Shown: positions 27,001-36,424, counted from the stretch's first letter. The stretch is 64,000 nt of DNA from a virus (IMGVR_UViG_3300042870_001966), one strand, 5' to 3'. The notes: generated by a model not told the origin, from the sequence alone. Program-made: numbers and translations.

Positions 27001-27255
27001 ATGACTGAGTTAGAAAAATTTCAAATAGTAAATTCTTGCGAAACTCCTAAGGAGTTAGCTGATACGCTAATAAAATTAGCAGATCCTGAAACTGGCAGAA
27101 TCCAAGGCAGACTTAAAAGCTTTGATGCAAAGAGAATGTCTATATGCATCGGCCCAGTAATCTACGAAGGAGCTCCTGCTAATTTATTAACAAGAGAGTT
27201 TGGGATTCGACAACAAGCTCTCTATATTAGGTACTGTATACAAAACGGAATATAA
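27001..27255 (+). CDS. hypothetical protein
   Basis: ORF after promoter motif. Confidence 0.4.
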   Translation: MTELEKFQIVNSCETPKELADTLIKLADPETGRIQGRLKSFDAKRMSICIGPVIYEGAPANLLTREFGIRQQALYIRYCIQNGI

Positions 27256-27509
27256 TGAAAGTATTAAGACCTGAAGTACAAGCTTGCCTAAAATCAGTCC
27301 TACCTGGCAAGCATGGAATAACTGACCTAATGGATGACATGATGATCTCCAGCTTTAACATAACTGACGATGAGTTTGATTTCATTTGCGAAAATGCAGA
27401 AGAGTCCGAATTAAACGCAATCGTTTTACCGGACGGCGCCTCGTTTTCTAAAAGACGAAAAGCGATCGAAATCCGAAATAAGTACCTTGAACTTTTTAAC
27501 AATCAATAA
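27255..27509 (+). CDS. hypothetical protein
   Basis: ORF only. Confidence 0.4.
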   Translation: MKVLRPEVQACLKSVLPGKHGITDLMDDMMISSFNITDDEFDFICENAEESELNAIVLPDGASFSKRRKAIEIRNKYLELFNNQ

Positions 27510-27511
27510 AA

Positions 27512-27898
27512 ATGAGAGACGTAAACATGGACGGCATTACACCAAATGAGTACATCTCAAAAGCTCTGGTGCAGTTACGTAATTTTAAACAGGCTGCTCT
27601 GCTTGAAAGATCTTTACTTACGACTAAACATGTTGTTAGTGAAGAACTTAAGTCAGCCAATCCGCAGTTAGATATTGATAAGATGGTAAGTGCTCAGCTG
27701 ATGCAGAAAGTCGCAAAGCACATGATTGACGAGTTTGAAGATCAGATAACAACAGAACCTCATCCAATCATTGGAGGCGAGACCTTATACACGTTTCAGG
27801 TAATGGTACTACCGACCGACGACTTAAAACATATTGTAGAATATTGCATTCGCCAAATCCCTGAGGAAATCTTGAGTAAAATAAAAAAAGGAGAATAA
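27512..27898 (+). CDS. hypothetical protein
   Basis: ORF only. Confidence 0.45.
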   Translation: MRDVNMDGITPNEYISKALVQLRNFKQAALLERSLLTTKHVVSEELKSANPQLDIDKMVSAQLMQKVAKHMIDEFEDQITTEPHPIIGGETLYTFQVMVLPTDDLKHIVEYCIRQIPEEILSKIKKGE

Positions 27899-27900
27899 CT

Positions 27901-28449
27901 ATGACAACTGTAGATAAAATTAAGAGCCTAATTTCAGCAATTTCAAAAAGAGGAATTGGCCATACTGAGCTAATGAGGCAAGGAACTAATCACTACGATC
28001 GACCCTTTGCTATTGTTGCAAATACAATGGACTCCGCAAAGCGATTGGCCGGCGAGTCTGACCTCGCTACACCAGTTACGATAAGTAATATTGATCACTT
28101 AATAGGATCAGATTTGCCAGTTGCAATAGATCATTACCAAGTTCAGCAATTACTACAGTCAGCTCTAATTGAGATTTCCGATAGAGATTTTAAATTACAG
28201 AGAGCAATGACCATCCAGGAAAAGATGATGACACTTGTTGAATTGTATCAGAAGAGAGCTCATGAAATTGAGTCAATTAGTTCAGATCTATTGGCATGTA
28301 ATTGGTGGGACGTTAAGAAGATTATCTCTACTGAACGTAAGCTTCATAAAGCAATCTTAAAATACAATACTGAATACGATGGTATTGCCCAAACGTTTGA
28401 CACCTTAACTAAAATAGCAAAACATACACATGAGACTACTAACTCTTAA
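27901..28449 (+). CDS. hypothetical protein
   Basis: ORF only. Confidence 0.45.
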   Translation: MTTVDKIKSLISAISKRGIGHTELMRQGTNHYDRPFAIVANTMDSAKRLAGESDLATPVTISNIDHLIGSDLPVAIDHYQVQQLLQSALIEISDRDFKLQRAMTIQEKMMTLVELYQKRAHEIESISSDLLACNWWDVKKIISTERKLHKAILKYNTEYDGIAQTFDTLTKIAKHTHETTNS

Positions 28450-29359
28450 TCTAGCAAATCCGGAAAACGAAGGACGAGACCACTTTGAAAGAAGTGCATT
28501 CGTTGATTTCAAAGTTTCAAAGTTTGCTGACGGTCAACAGTCATTAACTCTAACTGGCGATATGCGTGGAAACTTAAGTTACCTACACGAAGCTGATGTC
28601 GTAATAAAATCTAGACTAAATAACTTCAAGGATCTTGAGTTAATTATCTGTGCAAATCAGGCTCTTCGCGAATGTGGAGTCGCGACAGTTTCCCTGTATG
28701 TTCCCTATTTCTTGGGAGCACGTAGTGACCGTAAATTCTCAGAAGGTTCTTCAAATTACCTAAAGACCGTTATTTGCCCAATCATTAATTCTCAGAAATT
28801 TGAATCTGTGCAGGTTCTGGATCCTCACTCTGATGTATTGGAAGCCTGTCTCAATAATTTCCAAAAAGTATCTAATTACTTACTCGTTAAGTACGCGCTT
28901 ACTGATATTGATAACACGAATCAGGCAAGAGAGAATATTGTTCTTGTTTCTCCAGACGCAGGTGCTCTAAGGAAAATTTACAAAGTCGCTGACTGGTTTG
29001 ACTTAAATGAGGTGGTGACTGCGGTAAAGCACAGAGATCCAAAAACCAGTAAAATCACTCACACCGATATTTCCTTAAAACCATTAGTGCATGAGTACGG
29101 CAAGAAATTCGTTATCGTGGACGATATTTGCGATAGTGCTGGAACTTCAATTGAATTAGCAAAAGCAATCAAGGAGAGAACTCAAGATTCGAAAATATAC
29201 TTGATAGCGACCCATGGAATTTTCAGTTCAGGATTATTTGATCTTTCTGCATACTTCGAAAAAGTTTACTGTACAAATTCAGTACAGGATATTAAAGCTG
29301 ACGAGTACTCTGACTACACAGTTAGCGCAGATTTCGTAAAACAATTTAACTTATTTTAG
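28430..29359 (+). CDS. prs: ribose-phosphate pyrophosphokinase (PRPP synthetase)-like
   Basis: VPYFLGARSDRK resembles PYfgYaRQDRK. DDICDSAGT PRPP-binding loop. Confidence 0.6.
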   Translation: MRLLTLNLANPENEGRDHFERSAFVDFKVSKFADGQQSLTLTGDMRGNLSYLHEADVVIKSRLNNFKDLELIICANQALRECGVATVSLYVPYFLGARSDRKFSEGSSNYLKTVICPIINSQKFESVQVLDPHSDVLEACLNNFQKVSNYLLVKYALTDIDNTNQARENIVLVSPDAGALRKIYKVADWFDLNEVVTAVKHRDPKTSKITHTDISLKPLVHEYGKKFVIVDDICDSAGTSIELAKAIKERTQDSKIYLIATHGIFSSGLFDLSAYFEKVYCTNSVQDIKADEYSDYTVSADFVKQFNLF

Positions 29360-29381
29360 TAACATAAAAAACCCATAAATT

Positions 29382-29648
29382 ATGATAGGTATAACTACCC
29401 TCCTTATTACAACAGTGGCAGCCTTTGTTCTATTTGTTGTGCTAGGCTTGGCACTAGGCAACAGACGCGATAGAATTGCAGCAGAGCACTATATGAAATC
29501 GCTTGACGAATTTAAAAGAGCAAACAAAGAGGCGGAAGCCAACGGCGAACCTCTATTTTGTGAGTCTACTAAAAAGCCAAGCGAGAATCTTTATCGCGAA
29601 GTACTAACTACGACTCAGTCCCCATCGAGCACAGATGACAACGATTAG
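29382..29648 (+). CDS. membrane protein
   Basis: N-terminal TM helix. Confidence 0.4.
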   Translation: MIGITTLLITTVAAFVLFVVLGLALGNRRDRIAAEHYMKSLDEFKRANKEAEANGEPLFCESTKKPSENLYREVLTTTQSPSSTDDND

Positions 29649-29688
29649 TACGGTGCCCAGTTTAAAACTAGTCAACTATTAAAAATAA

Positions 29689-29716
29689 AAAGGAACCGAC
29701 TAGGTTCCTTTTTTGG
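29689..29716 (+). terminator. rho-independent terminator
   Basis: GGAACCgactaGGTTCC followed by TTTTTT. Confidence 0.65.
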
Positions 29717-29728
29717 TAAATTAGATTT

Positions 29729-30397
29729 ATGAAAATTACATTACAGCCTCATCAGCGAATATGGTTCACGTCAGATACTCACTACAAACACTCAAATATT
29801 TGTAGAGGAACGTCTAATTGGCCGGCCGAGAGTAAGACCAGAGATTTCGATACCCTGGATAAAATGAATGATACGATTGTTAACAATATCAATCACCTAG
29901 TCAGCGAAGACGATATTCTTTTCCACTTAGGAGACTGGTCGTTCGGAGGATTTGATAACATCCAGGAGTTCAGAGACAGGTTGCTCTGTAAGAACATTCA
30001 TTTGGTTCTAGGTAATCACGACCAGCACATCGAGAATGACAAGGGAGGAGTCAAGGCTCTATTTGCATCAGTGAATCATTACGTTAGACTGGAACTTACT
30101 GTTCCAAACGTGCCGAACGAAATAAATCCAGCGAAGACTATTAAGAAAACGTTTGTGCTATGTCATTACCCAATCGCAAGTTGGCACGATATGAACCGTG
30201 GAGTAATTCAATTACATGGTCACGTTCACTTAGGCCCACACAATAAATTACATGCAGGTAAAGCAATGGACGTTGGCATGGACGGCAACTTCATGGACCC
30301 ATATTCTCTTCAAGAAATCGCAAAGATTATGAGAGACCGTCCAGTTAAGTGTTTGGTTTTACCGAACGATCACCATGAAACAAACGAAGGAAGATGA
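29729..30397 (+). CDS. calcineurin-like metallophosphoesterase
   Basis: SDTHY...GDW...GNHD...HGHVH motifs. Confidence 0.7.
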   Translation: MKITLQPHQRIWFTSDTHYKHSNICRGTSNWPAESKTRDFDTLDKMNDTIVNNINHLVSEDDILFHLGDWSFGGFDNIQEFRDRLLCKNIHLVLGNHDQHIENDKGGVKALFASVNHYVRLELTVPNVPNEINPAKTIKKTFVLCHYPIASWHDMNRGVIQLHGHVHLGPHNKLHAGKAMDVGMDGNFMDPYSLQEIAKIMRDRPVKCLVLPNDHHETNEGR

Positions 30398-30831
30398 TAC
30401 AGAATACACACAATAAAATCGGCGAGGGTAATCGACTCCTTGCGCAATTCATGGGAGGCACAATTGTCTCTAGTGAAACCTACGAAATGCCACACGGCTC
30501 AAACGGCAAAGGCGTCTTTGAAAAATGGGGTGGACTCTCTGGAATTCCCAGTCACGATCAGGAATTGGCTGCACTTGGAATATTTAGATATGAAACCTCA
30601 TGGAGCTGGATTTTTCCAGTAATCGAAAAGATCGAGAGTCTTGGTTTCTGCGTCAGCATTCACCGTAGAGGAATTCAAATTATTAAGTACGACAAGGATC
30701 GAAGATTTGAAGCGACTGACCTAATTATCGATGAAGACTTCTTAGATGATTATTCTGGAGATGTTAAGCGAATTGCTGCATGGGACTGTTGCGTTTCTTT
30801 TGTTGACTGGTACACAAAGAGGAGCCAATAA
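30394..30831 (+). CDS. hypothetical protein
   Basis: ORF only. Confidence 0.45.
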   Translation: MIQNTHNKIGEGNRLLAQFMGGTIVSSETYEMPHGSNGKGVFEKWGGLSGIPSHDQELAALGIFRYETSWSWIFPVIEKIESLGFCVSIHRRGIQIIKYDKDRRFEATDLIIDEDFLDDYSGDVKRIAAWDCCVSFVDWYTKRSQ

Positions 30832-31217
30832 TGGAATTAACGGGACCCTCTAAACTAGTAGTCGCATCCAGTCCAATACACGGACTTGGAGTATTCGCAA
30901 CGCAATCTATTAGCCCAGGCGAGATTATTGAAGAATGTCATTTCATAACATTCGATGCGACATCAGATGATCCTATTTTTAATGATTATCGATTCATAGT
31001 CGGCCGTTCTGAGAAATTAGGCTGCGTAGAGTATGGCGTTCTTCTTGGATTCGGAGGAATCTACAATCACAGTGAAACTCCAAATATAAATTGGAGACAT
31101 GATACTGAAAAGAATTGTTTTACGTTCTTTGCACTAGTCGATATTAATCCAGGAGACGAATTGTGCTCGTATTACGGAGGGCCTGAATATTGGAAATCAA
31201 TTGGTATGGAAATTTAG
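30831..31217 (+). CDS. SET-domain protein (putative lysine methyltransferase)
   Basis: GLGVFA..GE.I, NHSETPN, GDELCSYYG SET motifs. Confidence 0.6.
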   Translation: MELTGPSKLVVASSPIHGLGVFATQSISPGEIIEECHFITFDATSDDPIFNDYRFIVGRSEKLGCVEYGVLLGFGGIYNHSETPNINWRHDTEKNCFTFFALVDINPGDELCSYYGGPEYWKSIGMEI

Positions 31218-31226
31218 TATAATAAC
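31216..31226 (+). promoter_or_regulatory. AGTATAATAAC motif
   Basis: Upstream of the flotillin gene. Confidence 0.45.
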
Positions 31227-31291
31227 AAAGTAGTTAGCTAATCGGGCTAATGTAATCTCTATATTTTAATAATTAATAAAAACAAAAAAAA

Positions 31292-32725
31292 ATGACAGAA
31301 ATCATCACATCATCACTTATGTACGGACTACCGGCCTTAATAGGGGTAATCGTATTTTTTTATGCACTATCTCTACGTCGAATCGTGCCAACTAACGTAG
31401 TCCACATCGTTCAACGAGGAGACAAAACTGTTTCCTATGGCGTAGGTAAAGGCTCTAACGTTTATTATGAGTGGCCGAAGTGGTTACCTAAAATCGGAGT
31501 TATGGTCAGATCATTGCCAGTATCTAACTTTGATATTGACTTAGCTAAATATTCAGCGTATGATAAGGACCGTGTCCCTTTCGTAGTTGACGTTAAGGCA
31601 TTCTTCCACATTGCTGATACAAATAAAGCTGCCGAGAAAGTAGAATCATTTGACGAGTTGAAAAAGCAGCTGGAAAATGTAGTTCAAGGAGCAGTTCGTT
31701 CTATTTTAGCAAAGTCTAAATTGGAGGAAATTATGGAAGAACGATCTATCTTTGGCGAAAAATTTACTGAAAGTGTTAAAGTTGATTTATCTAATTGGGG
31801 AGTTGAGCCTATTAAAAATATCGAGTTAATGGATGTTAGAGATACTGACGGTTCGAGCGTTATTCACCAGATTATGGCTAAGCGAATGTCTGCGATTGAT
31901 ATGGAATCCAGAACTGAAGTTGCTAAAAACACTAAATTGGCAGAGCAGGCGGAACTAACTGCTCAACAAGAAATTGATGTAACTAAAGCAGAAACTCAGA
32001 AAATTGCAGGAGAGGCGCAAGCTCAATCAATACAGGCAATCGGTATTGCCAAAGCAGAGGCTACAAAAAAGGCAGGTATTGCAGAACAAGAGTCAATATC
32101 AGATATCGCTCAAGCTGAACGAGCTACTGCTGAACAGCAAATGGAGGTCGTTAAAGTTAATGAGATTAAGCAGGCTGAAATTGATAAGGAAAAGGCAATT
32201 ATTGCAGCTGAGCAACAAAAACGCAAAACTGAAATTGACGCAGAGGCTAATAAATTTAGAATTGAGACTGAGGCTTCTGCTACACTTGAAGCACAGATCA
32301 AAAATGCAGAAGGTGTTAAAACTCTGGGCCAAGCAGAAGCAGATATTATTAAAGCAAAGGGTATATCGCAGGCTGAATCCAAGAAAGCAATGGAGCTTGC
32401 TGGAGTAACTGCCCAAACAACCCTAGCAAAAGAGATTGGCGAAAACAAATCTTACCAAGAATACTTGATCAAAATTAGAGAAGTTGAAGTAACTCAAGTA
32501 GTCGGAGTTGCACAATACGAATCGATGGCAAAAGCAATGGCTGGAGCTGACTTGAAACTATTGGTAAATAGTGGAGACGTACACTCAGGAATTGGCAAGT
32601 TAAGCGACCTATTCACAGCTAAAGGAGGTTCACAGATTAACGGGCTTCTTGAATCATTGAAACAGACACCTGAAGGTAAAGGCTTACTGGCTATGCTTAA
32701 CAAGCTTACACCAGGCGCAGAATAA
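31292..32725 (+). CDS. SPFH/band-7 (flotillin-like) membrane protein with long coiled coil
   Basis: N-terminal TM helix, SPFH core, QAE/KAE-rich heptads. Confidence 0.65.
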   Translation: MTEIITSSLMYGLPALIGVIVFFYALSLRRIVPTNVVHIVQRGDKTVSYGVGKGSNVYYEWPKWLPKIGVMVRSLPVSNFDIDLAKYSAYDKDRVPFVVDVKAFFHIADTNKAAEKVESFDELKKQLENVVQGAVRSILAKSKLEEIMEERSIFGEKFTESVKVDLSNWGVEPIKNIELMDVRDTDGSSVIHQIMAKRMSAIDMESRTEVAKNTKLAEQAELTAQQEIDVTKAETQKIAGEAQAQSIQAIGIAKAEATKKAGIAEQESISDIAQAERATAEQQMEVVKVNEIKQAEIDKEKAIIAAEQQKRKTEIDAEANKFRIETEASATLEAQIKNAEGVKTLGQAEADIIKAKGISQAESKKAMELAGVTAQTTLAKEIGENKSYQEYLIKIREVEVTQVVGVAQYESMAKAMAGADLKLLVNSGDVHSGIGKLSDLFTAKGGSQINGLLESLKQTPEGKGLLAMLNKLTPGAE

Positions 32726-32741
32726 TTTTTAATAAATTTAA

Positions 32742-32778
32742 GACAAAAAGTCTCTAGATTTGTCTAGAGACTTTTTTA
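32742..32778 (+). terminator. rho-independent terminator
   Basis: GTCTCTAGAtttgTCTAGAGAC followed by TTTTTT. Confidence 0.65.
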
Positions 32779-32806
32779 TTTTGGTATAATAGTAAAAAGA
32801 AATAAC

Positions 32807-33544
32807 ATGACAGCACCATTTGAATTTTACGAAGTAGGCGGAAAGGTAAGAGACGAGATCTTGGGACTTCAGTCCAAAGACGTTGATTACGTAGCCGTGC
32901 CGAAAGCAACTCTGCTTGAGGAATTTCCTGAGGCGGCTGATATGTTTGACTTGCTAGTTGACTACTTAACTCGTGAAAAATTCCAGATATTCCTGATCAC
33001 CAAAGAATGTTACACAATCAGAGCAAAATTTCCAGACGGACATAAGTACCAAGGAGTTGCTGATTTTGTAATGTCTAGAAAAGAGACTGGATACGTGCCG
33101 TTTACCAGAACTCCGATCATTAAGCCTGGAACCCTATTCGACGATTTACAGAGAAGAGACTTTACTCTTAATGCCCTGGCAAGAGAAGCGGACGGCTCGA
33201 TCATTGACTACTTTGATGGGCTGACTCACTTGAAGCTTGGGCTATTAGTAACGCCATTACCTTGCGAGGAAACGTTTCACGATGATCCTTTGAGAATCTT
33301 GAGAGCTATTAGATTTTCAATCACTAAAGGATTTACTATCCCTGAGGAAATGTCTCAAGTAATAAAGCACTACGATTACGAAGTTAAGATGTGTGTAGTA
33401 TCAGCTGAGAGAATCAGGGAAGAGCTCTTTAAGTGTTTCAAACATGACACTCATGCAACGATACTTAAGTTATCAGAGTACCCTTTCCTTATGGAATACA
33501 TTTTTAGAACACAAATCTGGTTAAAACCAACAATGGAAGAATAA
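32807..33544 (+). CDS. cca: CCA-adding tRNA nucleotidyltransferase (head/neck domains)
   Basis: GGKVRDEILG, DVDY, RRDFTLNA motifs. Confidence 0.75.
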   Translation: MTAPFEFYEVGGKVRDEILGLQSKDVDYVAVPKATLLEEFPEAADMFDLLVDYLTREKFQIFLITKECYTIRAKFPDGHKYQGVADFVMSRKETGYVPFTRTPIIKPGTLFDDLQRRDFTLNALAREADGSIIDYFDGLTHLKLGLLVTPLPCEETFHDDPLRILRAIRFSITKGFTIPEEMSQVIKHYDYEVKMCVVSAERIREELFKCFKHDTHATILKLSEYPFLMEYIFRTQIWLKPTMEE

Positions 33545-34098
33545 TGGAAGCAACAATAAATGGAAGAATAATGGAAGCAAAAATAAACTGGGTTCTAGAC
33601 CAACATAGAGACACGAATCACATGTACGATAAGTACTTGCCTTATGAATTTCATTTACGTATGGTCGTTGAAGTTGCAAAGAAATTTCAATCTTTAATTA
33701 CGTATGAGAAAGATTTTGAGCATGTACTACTTGGAGCATGGGGCCATGATCTTATTGAAGACACCAGAGTTTCATACAATGATGTTAAGCAGGCGCTTGG
33801 AGAAATGGCAGCAGATATTGTCTATGCGTGCTCAAACGAGAAAGGCAAGAGTCGTAATGATCGGGCTAACTACCGATACTACGATGGAATCAGAACAACG
33901 CCGTATGCGATATTCGTTAAGTTATGCGACCGAATTGCAAACGTGCAGTACTCAAAAATGTCTGGCAGCAGAATGTTCGAGATGTACAGAAAAGAAAATC
34001 CCGAATTCATGCAGCAATTAGGCTGGACGGCTGAAGAAAAATATCTTCATGAGTATGCCAATATGTTTGTATACTTAAGTAAATTATTCGAAGACTGA
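33544..34098 (+). CDS. HD-domain phosphohydrolase (stand-alone)
   Basis: H..GHDLIEDT...D motifs. Adjacent to the CCA enzyme, as in bacterial fused CCA enzymes. Confidence 0.65.
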   Translation: MEATINGRIMEAKINWVLDQHRDTNHMYDKYLPYEFHLRMVVEVAKKFQSLITYEKDFEHVLLGAWGHDLIEDTRVSYNDVKQALGEMAADIVYACSNEKGKSRNDRANYRYYDGIRTTPYAIFVKLCDRIANVQYSKMSGSRMFEMYRKENPEFMQQLGWTAEEKYLHEYANMFVYLSKLFED

Positions 34099-34117
34099 AA
34101 ATAAAAAAATTAATATA

Positions 34118-35320
34118 ATGGAAAATCAAAACAGCGTATGTTACATTGGAAAAGTAACAGAAATCAAGGCAATCGAAGGAGCTGACAATATTGAGTTAGC
34201 GATCATCGGTGGATGGAATTGTATTACTAAAAAAGGACTACACAAGGCGGACGAATTTGTTATCATTGCAACAACTGATGCAGTTATTCCGGAAGAGTTA
34301 TCCGAAAAATTGGGAGTAACCGGTTACCTGCGTAAGGGCAATCGAGTTAGAACAGTTAAGTTGAGAGGAGTTTACAGTGAGTGTCTAATCATTCCGCTTA
34401 ATGTGCTTGAAGGTTCAGAAGAAATGAAGATCGGAGTTAGTAAACAGCCTTGGGGCGATCAATTACAGTTGGGCCCTTATGACGATGCACTCGTTATTGA
34501 AGAAGGAGTTGACGTTAGTGAGATGCTTGGAATTTTCAAGTACGAACCGCCAGTTAGACAGGTCCAACTTGCTTCAGGTAAAAAGGTTCGTTATCAAGAC
34601 AATCCAAACTTTCATGTCTACTACAAGTTTCCTAACTTGAAAAATGTTAGTGGAATGTTTACTGAAGAGGATATTGTGCAAATCACGCGTAAGATCCACG
34701 GTACGAATGCACGATACGGTATAGTTAAGAAGAATCGCTTGTCCTTCATGGATAGGATTAAAAAATTCTTTGGATTCGCCGGAGAGCTCTTTGAGTACGA
34801 GTACGTTTATGGATCTCATAATGTCGAGAAGGGTTCTGATTCTCAAGGGTTCTATTCAACTGATGTCTGGAGAACAATTGCCGAGAAGTACGATATCAAG
34901 AACAGGTTGCTTACCTTAGCAAAAACTAAAAATAGGATTGGTGAACTTGGAGCTGGTATTGTAATTTACGGAGAAATTTACGGTGCAGGTATTCAAAAGA
35001 ATTACGAGTACGGTCTGACTGATATTGAATTCGTTGGATTCGATGCCACAGTAAACGGCAAATACGAGTCCACTATTTACACTGAATTCCTTTTCAAAGA
35101 AGCGCTAGAGTTACCTCACGTTGGAGTCCTATACACAGGACCGTGGTCACAAGAGACACAAGACCAGTTCGTCTTTGGTAATATGATCAAAGGAACTAAG
35201 GTGCCGCATGAAGGCATTGTTATTAAGCACATAAGCGGTGAGCGTAATCGAGTAGCAAAGGTAATTAATCCAGACTATTTGATTTACGGAGAAAAGCACG
35301 ATATTGGAGACTCACATTAA
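34118..35320 (+). CDS. ATP-dependent RNA ligase (Rnl2-like motifs) fused to N-terminal tRNA-binding OB (Myf/Trbp111-like) domain
   Basis: N-terminal GKV.EI..IEGADNIELA..GG tRNA_bind pattern. Ligase motifs KIHGTN (I), EGIVIK (IV), AKVIN (V). Confidence 0.65.
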   Translation: MENQNSVCYIGKVTEIKAIEGADNIELAIIGGWNCITKKGLHKADEFVIIATTDAVIPEELSEKLGVTGYLRKGNRVRTVKLRGVYSECLIIPLNVLEGSEEMKIGVSKQPWGDQLQLGPYDDALVIEEGVDVSEMLGIFKYEPPVRQVQLASGKKVRYQDNPNFHVYYKFPNLKNVSGMFTEEDIVQITRKIHGTNARYGIVKKNRLSFMDRIKKFFGFAGELFEYEYVYGSHNVEKGSDSQGFYSTDVWRTIAEKYDIKNRLLTLAKTKNRIGELGAGIVIYGEIYGAGIQKNYEYGLTDIEFVGFDATVNGKYESTIYTEFLFKEALELPHVGVLYTGPWSQETQDQFVFGNMIKGTKVPHEGIVIKHISGERNRVAKVINPDYLIYGEKHDIGDSH

Positions 35321-35334
35321 TAAAACAAATACAA

Positions 35335-35808
35335 ATGGAAGAAGAAAAATTACCGATCAGAATCTATTTAGATGACGTTCGAACACCAATTGAACAGGAC
35401 TGGATAGTTGTTAGATCATACCAGGAGTTCAAGGACAAGGTGATGGAAATTGGATTAAAGAACATTCACATGATCTCATTGGATCACGACTTGGGTGACT
35501 CAGCTATGTCAGAGTACTTCACGAATGTAAGTCCTAACTATAAGCTAGACTACACGAACATTACTGAAAAAACTGGAATGGATTGCACTAAGTGGTTGGT
35601 GAATCAGTTCTACGACGAGAATCCAAAGAGAATTGAGATGAGTCGTTTCGATAAGCGTAATGTGCCGATTCGGTTTCCAGCAGTCTACGTACACTCAGCG
35701 AATCCAATTGGATCAGCGAACATGATGGGTTACATTAATAACTTCTTCATGAATGAGGGAGAACCTCAAAACTGCGTGAGAGTTCAGATACCTCACACGG
35801 TAATGTAA
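35335..35808 (+). CDS. hypothetical protein
   Basis: ORF in the RNA-repair block. Confidence 0.45.
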   Translation: MEEEKLPIRIYLDDVRTPIEQDWIVVRSYQEFKDKVMEIGLKNIHMISLDHDLGDSAMSEYFTNVSPNYKLDYTNITEKTGMDCTKWLVNQFYDENPKRIEMSRFDKRNVPIRFPAVYVHSANPIGSANMMGYINNFFMNEGEPQNCVRVQIPHTVM

Positions 35809-35829
35809 TTATTAAAAATAGATTAACTA

Positions 35830-36372
35830 ATGAAAGTTGTACAAGAATTTCCTAACGGGCTTATATCAGTTTATCCATCCGTGTTTGGCGATGAAAGAGG
35901 ATTTTTTCTAGAATCGTTTAATCAGCTGAAATATTCTGAATTTCTTAATGAGCATTCATTTGTTCAGGATAATTTATCTAGATCCAAAAAAGGAGTCCTT
36001 CGTGGATTGCATTTTCAAGCTCCACCGTTTGATCAAGGAAAATTGGTTCAGGTAATTACAGGAAGCGTGTTGGATGTTGCGGTAGATATTCGTCGAGACT
36101 CTCCAAGCTACGGTAAATCCTTTCAAGTTGTATTAAATACGACTGATCGCAATCAACTTTGGATTCCACCAGGCTTTGCGCATGGCTTCGTTAGCCTAGA
36201 AGACGACACTATTTTTTCCTATAAATGCACAAACGGTTATTCAAAAGAACATGAAGGCTGTATATTATGGAATGATGCGGACTTAGCGATTGATTGGGAA
36301 ATTGAAAATCCTATCATTTCGGATAAAGATCAATTGGGAACCCCGTTTAAAGAGTTAATCAGCCCATTCTAA
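35830..36372 (+). CDS. rmlC: dTDP-4-dehydrorhamnose 3,5-epimerase (RmlC, cupin)
   Basis: LRGLHFQ and ERGFF motifs. Confidence 0.8.
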   Translation: MKVVQEFPNGLISVYPSVFGDERGFFLESFNQLKYSEFLNEHSFVQDNLSRSKKGVLRGLHFQAPPFDQGKLVQVITGSVLDVAVDIRRDSPSYGKSFQVVLNTTDRNQLWIPPGFAHGFVSLEDDTIFSYKCTNGYSKEHEGCILWNDADLAIDWEIENPIISDKDQLGTPFKELISPF

Positions 36373-36424
36373 CGAGAATTGCTGAAAATAAAAAATGACC
36401 TCAGGAAATTATTAATAGTTATTG

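Noticed and set aside
32004-32703. ORFs 32004..32408(+), 32099..32416(-), 32110..32448(-), 32494..32703(-)
   Set aside because: They are alternative-frame or antisense ORFs inside the flotillin coiled-coil region, whose repetitive GCA/GAA codons keep other frames open. There is no independent support.
35335-35808. Possible receiver-like/cyclic-phosphate-processing domain in the ORF between the RNA ligase and RmlC
   Set aside because: Only a vague DDVR..ISLDHDLGD resemblance. This is not enough to call it, so it is left as hypothetical.
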